Below are positions 57,516 through 64,000 of a DNA stretch of 64,000 bases, piece by piece (the first letter of the stretch is position 1; every line of letters starts with the position of its first letter). The notes beneath the pieces were generated by a model, which saw nothing but the letters and a program-made list of their open reading frames with translations, searched no databases and was not told the DNA's origin. The stretch lies in the sequence record NZ_CP027239.1, one strand, 5' to 3'. Position numbers and translations under genes: made by a program. The stretch is from a plasmid.

Positions 57516-58748
57516 TCACCAGGTGCTGGGCACCGACTGGTGAGTAGCGCCGGATACCAGCGCCCCTCCGGCGGCGAAACGGTCGCCGAACCGCCGACGG
57601 AACAGCGCCAGCGTTTCCTCCCGGTCCGCCAGGGTCGGCGCCTTGGACACCAGCGCTTCCGCGGCGAACTCGACGTCGACCGCGGTAGCCAGGTCCCGCA
57701 CGGCCAACAGCTCACGCAGCGACGGAACCCACCTGTCGAGACCGTCGGCCCGGTCCGCGTCCGCCCGCCGCTTCAACGCTTCCGCCACGTCGATCACCAC
57801 GGTCGGTACCTCCAACTGGTGGGCGGTGGCGAAGTCGGTGGGCACCTCGATCACCAGGGCCATGCGGTTGCGTACCGGCTCGGATAAGCCCGGGCCGTTG
57901 CCCGGGTTGAACGTCAGGATGAGCGTGAACCCGTCGGCGGCCTGCAGATGCTGGGTGCCGGGCCGGTCGATCACGTCGATACTGCGGCGCGTGTCCAGCG
58001 CCGGATGCAGCGCCGTCTGCACCCCCTGGTGCAGGGCGCCGGCATCGTCGAGCAGGAGAGGGCGTCCCTGTTCCATGGCCCGCCACAGGGGCCCGTCGAT
58101 CCACTTGAACGGGCCTTCGTCGCCCGGTACCGGCTGGTGCAGTCCCACCAGGTCCGGCCATGTTGTCGCTGTCGAGCAGGGCACGATGATCAGCTCGTCA
58201 CCGAGCGCTTCGCGCACCAGGGTCGTCTTGCCCGAACCCGGCGGGCCACCGAGGGCGATCGGCTGTCCGGTCTCGGCGATCGTGCGGATGATGTGGACGT
58301 CGGAGCGGCCGGCCAGGGTGCGGGGAATGTAGGTGTCCCGCATCTGGCGGGCCAGGTCCGGTGACAGTTGGACGATCATCTCCAGGAACGTGTCTGGGTC
58401 GGCCCGCATCGTCCTCTCCGCGTTCACGGCGAGCGCGAACTCGCGGGCGATCACCTCCGCTGGCCTCTGCGTTGTCGCCAGGTCGTCGTCGATGTTGATC
58501 ACTCCGGGCCGCACGTGGTGGGGCACTTCTCCGGGAGCGCACTGTTGCTCGATCTCGCGGGCCGCCGCCCTCAGCGCCTCGACTCGAGCCTTCGGCGAGG
58601 GAGGGAGAGGGTCATGTCGGGACAGGGGATCGGTGGCGCTGCCCCACACCCGAATCCCGGTGTCGGTGACGAGGTTGACGTAAGTCGAGTCGACCTCATC
58701 GTCGAACTGGTCCTCGTCGGGGACGAACCCAAACCCGAACGCCAGCAT
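57516..58748 (-). CDS. MoxR-like AAA+ ATPase (AAA_5 type), module 2
   Basis: Walker A GGPPGSGKTT. Walker B PLLLDDAGA. Sensor-1 LILTFNPG. Arg finger VRNRM. Collinear with 25024..26304 (GDELIIV.. versus GEDLIVV.., ..GPLWRAMEQGRPLLLDD versus ..GPLAEAMRQGKVLLIDD). Confidence 0.8.
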   Translation of the reverse strand: MLAFGFGFVPDEDQFDDEVDSTYVNLVTDTGIRVWGSATDPLSRHDPLPPSPKARVEALRAAAREIEQQCAPGEVPHHVRPGVINIDDDLATTQRPAEVIAREFALAVNAERTMRADPDTFLEMIVQLSPDLARQMRDTYIPRTLAGRSDVHIIRTIAETGQPIALGGPPGSGKTTLVREALGDELIIVPCSTATTWPDLVGLHQPVPGDEGPFKWIDGPLWRAMEQGRPLLLDDAGALHQGVQTALHPALDTRRSIDVIDRPGTQHLQAADGFTLILTFNPGNGPGLSEPVRNRMALVIEVPTDFATAHQLEVPTVVIDVAEALKRRADADRADGLDRWVPSLRELLAVRDLATAVDVEFAAEALVSKAPTLADREETLALFRRRFGDRFAAGGALVSGATHQSVPSTW

Positions 58749-58919
58749 CTGTCGTGAACGTCCCTTCGTGTGCCACCCCTGCGGCCGGGGTCGTTGCCGC
58801 GATCGTATCGGCCCACCATGCCGCCGCTAGGCGGGCTACGCGACCGCCGGTCGGCGGCATGCCCGGCTGATACAACAGGTGCCTGCATCCGTTGCCGGCA
58901 GCGAGGAGTGGCCGCACCC

Positions 58920-60548
58920 ATGGCGCTATGGTCCGTCACCGAGGAGTCGGTGCTGCTCATGCTGCAGGGCTGGGGAGCGGCGGTGGAGCAGGTCCGCATC
59001 GTGCCCACTGGCTCGTCCGGGGCGCCGGCGCCGGTGTACCTCGATGGCGACACCGCGGTGATCGAAGCCGAACGGGCCGGCCTTCCCCGTTCCGCGCAGG
59101 GTGTGAAGGTCGACTCGCTGACCCATCAGCTCAACGATCCCCGTGCAGCCGCCCGATTGGCGGCGGTGTGCGCCCCCTTAGTCACCTCGACCTGGCGGCA
59201 CGCCGGCCTTCCGTCGGACCCGCGGCTCGCCGGGTTGATGCTCGAGCTCGACCAACTGCGCGCCGAGGCCCAACTGCGGCGCCGCCAGCCCTCCCTGCGG
59301 CTCCTGCTGCCCACGATCAGCACGTGGCTGGCCCGCACGCCGATCTCCGGCAGTGACGATGCCGCCGCCTACCAACTGCTGACCGCCGTGTGCCCGAGAG
59401 CGGACGCCCTGGTGTTTCCCACCTCGACCACAGAGCACGTGAAGCCCGCACTCGTGGACTACCTCGGACCCGCCGTGATGCGCGAGTACGTCACCACATG
59501 GCGGCGCATCCTGGCGGCCCCGGACCAGCGCTCCGCAGTGATGTCGCTGGCCGACACCTGGCTCCAACTGGCCGATGCCCGGCTTCCCCGCCACCACGAC
59601 CGCACGTCCAATCCCGAACTGCTGTCCAGGGTCAGTCGCCGCGCCACCTCCGACCTCGAGCAGGCCGAGGCGACTGCACTGGAGGCGGTCGCCTCGCTGC
59701 GCGCCGACCTGGACGCCACCGCCACGTCAGAGCGCCGCACCACAGAACTGGACCCCGACCATGGGATCGCAGGCGCCGGAACAGGCCTGCCCGCGCACCG
59801 GTCCCTACGACACCGGCCCGCCACGGAAGAAGATCACCTTCTGCGAACGCAGCTGCGCGCGGCACTGTCGGTAGCCAAACGGCGCCAGCTATCCACCGTG
59901 GACCACCCCACCCAAGCACCCACCGGCAGGACCGACACTCGCGAACTGGTCCGCATGAGCGCACAGCAGCACGCCGGCACCCCGGTCACCGCCACCCCCT
60001 GGACCCGGCACATCCCCGAGATGGACGACCAGCCCGACATCCGGGTCGCCGCCGTGCTGGATACATCCGCGTCCATGGCACCGTGGCTGGAGTCGGCGAC
60101 TGCGTTGATGTGGGCAGTGGCCTGCGCAGCCCGCGACCTCGGCGGATCCGCCACCGTATGGGGGTTCGGCGGCGACGCCTTCGAGATCGTCCGCATCGGC
60201 TCGGCGCCCCACCTCGTCCCGCAGATCCGCGACACCGGCGCCGGCTCCGACGGATACGCCGAGGCCGTGAGCCGGGCCTGCGACTCCGCGGATCTGATCG
60301 GCAGTCGAGGCGCCCGCCTGCTGGTGGTGCTGACCGATGGCCGACTGAAAGACCCGGAGGAGGCCCGCCGACTGCAGCAGACCCTGGCCGACGCCGTTGC
60401 CAGCGGCGTCACCGTCCTATGGGCCCTGACCGGAGGCACCACCAACGCTCTGGTCCCGGACCAAGCAATCGTCGCTCAGGGGGTGACCCCGCGCCGCTTC
60501 GCCGAAGCCGTGAACCGCGTCCTGATCAACACCGTCAGCGCCACCTGA
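58920..60548 (+). CDS. large protein with C-terminal vWA (MIDAS) domain, module 2
   Basis: VAAVLDTSASM is DxSxS. VVLTDG supplies the downstream MIDAS Asp. About 350-aa N-terminal region of unknown function. GAGGAG RBS. Divergent from the AAA+ gene. Confidence 0.6.
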   Translation: MALWSVTEESVLLMLQGWGAAVEQVRIVPTGSSGAPAPVYLDGDTAVIEAERAGLPRSAQGVKVDSLTHQLNDPRAAARLAAVCAPLVTSTWRHAGLPSDPRLAGLMLELDQLRAEAQLRRRQPSLRLLLPTISTWLARTPISGSDDAAAYQLLTAVCPRADALVFPTSTTEHVKPALVDYLGPAVMREYVTTWRRILAAPDQRSAVMSLADTWLQLADARLPRHHDRTSNPELLSRVSRRATSDLEQAEATALEAVASLRADLDATATSERRTTELDPDHGIAGAGTGLPAHRSLRHRPATEEDHLLRTQLRAALSVAKRRQLSTVDHPTQAPTGRTDTRELVRMSAQQHAGTPVTATPWTRHIPEMDDQPDIRVAAVLDTSASMAPWLESATALMWAVACAARDLGGSATVWGFGGDAFEIVRIGSAPHLVPQIRDTGAGSDGYAEAVSRACDSADLIGSRGARLLVVLTDGRLKDPEEARRLQQTLADAVASGVTVLWALTGGTTNALVPDQAIVAQGVTPRRFAEAVNRVLINTVSAT

Positions 60549-60627
60549 GCAGGGCGCCGCACCTACACCACAACTACGACAGCCCGCCGCTACCGTGACC
60601 CCACCGCAGCCAGAAAGGACCCACCCC

Positions 60628-61671
60628 ATGACCGCCCCAGCGCACAACAGTGACGTCACCCCGATCACCGCCATCACCGCGGACCAGCTAGACACCCTCG
60701 ACCCGAACCTGCTCACCCCGCCCCTGGTGACCAGCGACGGACACCACGACGAGATCGGCGCCGCCCACGGCCGAGTACTGCCGATGATCGGCCGGTGGCG
60801 GCCGTACGTGGTGGACGTCAACGCCACCAAGCTCGCAGGCAAGGGCACCCGCATCTACGCCGACACCGCCGACGACGCCGTGGCGATGCTCGTCGGCGGC
60901 GACGCGCCCGCGGCGATCGCCGAGCTGCGCGCAGCCAGAGACGACCTCGGCGTGGACCCCGCTCCCGAACCGCCACCGACCAGGGACGAGTTGCTCCTGA
61001 TCGGCGCGGACGATGCCGACGACGAGGCCCTCGCGTTCGTCGAAGAGCTCGACCCTCAAACCCAGCAGGCCTACGACGAGTACCGGGCTCGGCGTGACCG
61101 GCTGGAGGCGGCGCAGATGCGGGTCGCTGCGCTGCTGACCGACCATGCGACCGGGGTGCGGATACGGCTGCAGCAGCAGCTCAACGCCGCCGCTGTCGAT
61201 GACGGCCGCTGGGAACGCCTGGACGAGGACGAACGCGACGAGCTGACTGCCTGCGCGGCCACGGGCGAGCAGGGGCGGCGCCCGTTCGGGATTCCGGAAA
61301 TGGTGCCGTTCTTCGACGAGGACGGCGAGGAGGCCGGCGAGGTCGCGCGGGGCGAGTGGCGGGCCGATGTGCCGCTGGTGTGTCTGCGCACTGACTACCT
61401 GCCGTTCACGGGCACGGCGTCGCCTCTGTCGGTGGTGACAGGGACCGCCCCCACAGGGGCGGAGTTCTGGGTGCCGGGCGATCCGAATCTGGTGTGGCTC
61501 AACCCCGCCGATCCCGCTGACTACCTGCAGTCACTTGCCGATGCCGGGCTGGTGGAGCTCACGGAGCGGCCGGTCGACCACGCCGTCGAGCTGATGCGTC
61601 CGTGGCTGAGGGAGAAGCGGCAGCGCGACCTTGAGCGGGCGCAGGCGGCAGCCGCCAGTCAGGGCGACTAA
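60628..61671 (+). CDS. hypothetical acidic protein downstream of the vWA gene (347 aa)
   Basis: AAAGGA RBS before ATG 60628. No recognisable motif. Confidence 0.45.
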   Translation: MTAPAHNSDVTPITAITADQLDTLDPNLLTPPLVTSDGHHDEIGAAHGRVLPMIGRWRPYVVDVNATKLAGKGTRIYADTADDAVAMLVGGDAPAAIAELRAARDDLGVDPAPEPPPTRDELLLIGADDADDEALAFVEELDPQTQQAYDEYRARRDRLEAAQMRVAALLTDHATGVRIRLQQQLNAAAVDDGRWERLDEDERDELTACAATGEQGRRPFGIPEMVPFFDEDGEEAGEVARGEWRADVPLVCLRTDYLPFTGTASPLSVVTGTAPTGAEFWVPGDPNLVWLNPADPADYLQSLADAGLVELTERPVDHAVELMRPWLREKRQRDLERAQAAAASQGD

Positions 61672-61895
61672 GCCAGGGAGTCCAATGGGCGCGATCAGGG
61701 GCGGGCACTGCTTCGGCAGCGCCCGCCCCGTTGTCGTTTCGTCACGGCTTATTGCCTGCCGATCCGACCCCCGTCGTGGCCAGCGGCGACGGGTGTGGCC
61801 TGCATGAATGGCCGGACAGATTCGTTGACAGTGGGCCTTGCGTGCGGCATCGTCACAAGCATCGGAATCAAAACTGCACGAAGGGAAAGTCCCCA

Positions 61896-64000
61896 TGGTG
61901 TGTCGGGAAAATAAGGGCCGTTCGGCGATGATCGGTCTGGCCAAGTCGTTCCAGCGGATGATGGGCCACCCAGTCGATCACGACGCGAATCTGCAGTCCA
62001 TGCAGCACCAGCTGCGCCACGAAGTCGAGGCCGCGGACTCCAAGTACTCCAGCTTCGACAGCTGGCCCCAGGAGGAGCAGGTCAAGGCGTGGAAGGAGCT
62101 GCGCGCACGGGTCGAGGAGCTGCCCGAGGGGACGATGAGTGCCGCCCGTCGGTACGGCGAGTCCAAGACCAATCCGGGCATCATCACCCGCATCGACCAG
62201 GAGATCGCGCGGCTGGGCTCGGGCAAGCACGAGAACGGTGCCCCACTCAAGGGGGTGCAGCGCAACACCGGCGCCGACATGGTCGCCTCGATGAAGATCG
62301 TCTCCGTCATGGAACGGCTCGTGCCGGCCCGCCGCAGCTTCCTGGAGAACCAGGCCCGCCGCCGCGGCGTGCCATACGCCGAAGTCGAGTCCGAGTGGCT
62401 GGAGAAGATCAACGAGAAGGGCAACTTCTCCAACATCAGCCTCACCGACGAGTACCGCGATTCCCTCGCGGTGTCCGGCGTCAACGCCCAGGATCAGGCC
62501 GACCTCGGCCAGTCCGGACGGGCCCGCGCCGCGATGGCCGCGATGGAGAAGAAGACCCAGGAATCACTGGCCGAGCACCGCAAGAAGTACGCGCCCCGGC
62601 CGGCGATCACCGACAAGCACGTCCTGGGCACCTACACCAAGCCGGGCGGCGAGGGCTCCGTGCGGTGTGCGGGCTGCGGCCAGTTCGGGCATGAGGAGAA
62701 GGCCTGCCCGAACACCGATCTGACCGAGACGCTGGACGCAGTGTCCGCGCAGTCCCAGATTCTCGACCGGCATCAGAGCGTGCTGGACCGCAAGGAGATG
62801 CTGGCCACCCGCAGCGAAGAAGAGATCCAGGCGGTGTTCGACGCTAAGGCGCCGGGCATGACCGTGGCCAAGTTCAAGGAGGCCGTCGCCCGGGACGAGA
62901 AAGAGCTGGGGGAGCCGCTGAAAAGTGCGGCAACGGTGCAGAAGATGCGCCGCAAGTTCGAGAAGGAAGGTGCAGCTGCCCTCGAGGAGCTCAAGTCCCG
63001 CGAGCCGAAGGTGTCCAACTGGGTGCAGTCGGTGGCCTACAACCCGAACAACGGCCTGCTGCAGGTGACGATGCACCCGAGCAAGTCGGGCAAGCAGTAC
63101 CCGCCCCGCTACTTCCGGGCCCGGCCCGAAGAGGTCGACGCCCTGATGGACCACCCGTCCATCGGCAAGGCCCTGCACGCCGGATTCTTGAGCAAGAACC
63201 AGGTCGCCGAGGGGCACGAGTTCGAGAACGCCGCCGACTTGGCTGAGGCCATGGAGGAGACCCGCTGCCCCACCTGTGGCCGGTGGGCGTCGCTGAACTC
63301 GAGCCACCAGTGCCCGGTCATCGGCGGCCCGTCGGAGGAGGTCGATCACCTCCGGGCCCGCAACGTCATGGCCTACCAGGCGATGGCCCGCACCGCCCGC
63401 GAGAACGGCGAGGTGATTCCCGCCAAGCCCCCGACGCTGGTGCAGTCGCTCAAGGGCGCCACCGATCACAGTGGCCTCCAGCATCCGAAGACCAAGGAAA
63501 CGATCGCTGGAGCACTGCGTTCTGGGTCGAAGCAGGAGGCATTGGCCGTCACCGAGGACGGCAACCGCATGTGGGACTCGGCCGTCTCGTTCAACGGCTC
63601 CGACGACGACTGGCACGTGTCGGGGCACGTGACGGTGTGGAAGGACCCGGAGACCGGAAACCGAGTGCTCGGCATCGACGGCCAGTCCGGCAACCCGGGA
63701 CTGCGGTGCCAGTGCGCGGAGTACCAGAAGACGCGCCGCTGCCCCCACGTTCGTGCCGTCGGGTATCGCCTGGCGAACAAGTACGAGGCCGTCCCAGCCG
63801 CGCGCTCTGCCCGCGCGGGCGAACCCCTGCGACTGCAGCAGCAGGGGCTCGCCAACGACGCAGCGTCACTCCCGCCGGAGCGGTTGAGCTACGAGACGAT
63901 GTCGGCCATGCGGGTCGACGCGATGCGGCAAACTCTCGAGGCCGCAGACACCCACGGTGTTGCCCGCCTGCCGGAGACCCTGTGGCCGAGCAAGGCCACC
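61896..64000 (+). CDS. large multi-zinc-finger protein (SWIM zinc finger + CCHC zinc knuckle), 3'-truncated by the window end
   Basis: Open frame from ATG 61896 (AAGGGA RBS) to the window end, at least 701 aa. It is absent from the ORF track because no stop is reached. CAGCGQFGHEEKACPN is a C-x2-C-x4-H-x4-C knuckle. CPTCGRWASLNSSHQCPV is a second zinc motif. CQCAEYQKTRRCPHV matches a SWIM C-x-C-xn-C-x-H finger. Minus ORFs 62564..63748 and 61978..62484 are antisense shadows. Confidence 0.6.

Noticed and set aside
62564-63748. 394-aa minus-strand ORF 62564..63748 and minus ORFs 61978..62484 and 61868..62230
   Set aside because: They are antisense to the long plus-strand zinc-finger ORF that runs to the window end. 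Their translations are Arg/Leu/Gly-rich shadow products.
1-64000. CRISPR arrays, tRNA/rRNA genes, integrase / att sites
   Set aside because: No regularly spaced direct repeats with unique spacers and no cloverleaf-compatible tRNA-like segments. No tyrosine or serine recombinase signature (R..HxxR..Y) was seen in any ORF, so element boundaries are not in this window or could not be identified.

Overview
This window is about 70% GC, is densely coded on both strands, and has Shine-Dalgarno motifs (GGAGG / AAGGAG) in front of most starts, which fits an actinobacterial accessory replicon such as a conjugative plasmid or ICE-like island. No rRNA, tRNA or CRISPR is visible. The content is not core chromosome; all of it is inferred from sequence motifs only.

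- **Anti-restriction candidate:** a 1566-aa N6-adenine methyltransferase–helicase fusion.
- **Replication and maintenance genes:** a KfrA-like protein behind GGTAAC/GTTACC operator repeats, DnaG primase, a DnaQ-exonuclease–UvrD-helicase fusion, an mIHF homologue, SbcD–SbcC and two WhiB-like proteins.
- **Putative Gram-positive-type DNA-transfer module:** an FtsK/SpoIIIE-like ATPase, a HerA/VirB4-like ATPase, a 1214-aa secreted cutinase-like protein and two other envelope proteins.
- **XRE–ImmA/IrrE regulatory cassette** split by a complete IS1182-family insertion with terminal inverted repeats.
- **Low-GC islet** with an XRE/MmyB-like regulator and an alpha/beta hydrolase.

The most unusual content is:

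1. **Two paralogous AAA+/vWA modules.** Each pairs a MoxR-like AAA+ ATPase divergently with a vWA (MIDAS) protein plus coupled unknown genes. One copy sits beside SbcCD and a large SWIM zinc-finger / CCHC zinc-knuckle protein that runs off the window.
2. **An RNase II-family nuclease fused to three dsRBD-like repeats**, next to a WhiB-like gene.

Several intergenic regions share a TTGATTCCGATG motif, and there are nested palindromes, coding tandem repeats and clear hairpin terminators.
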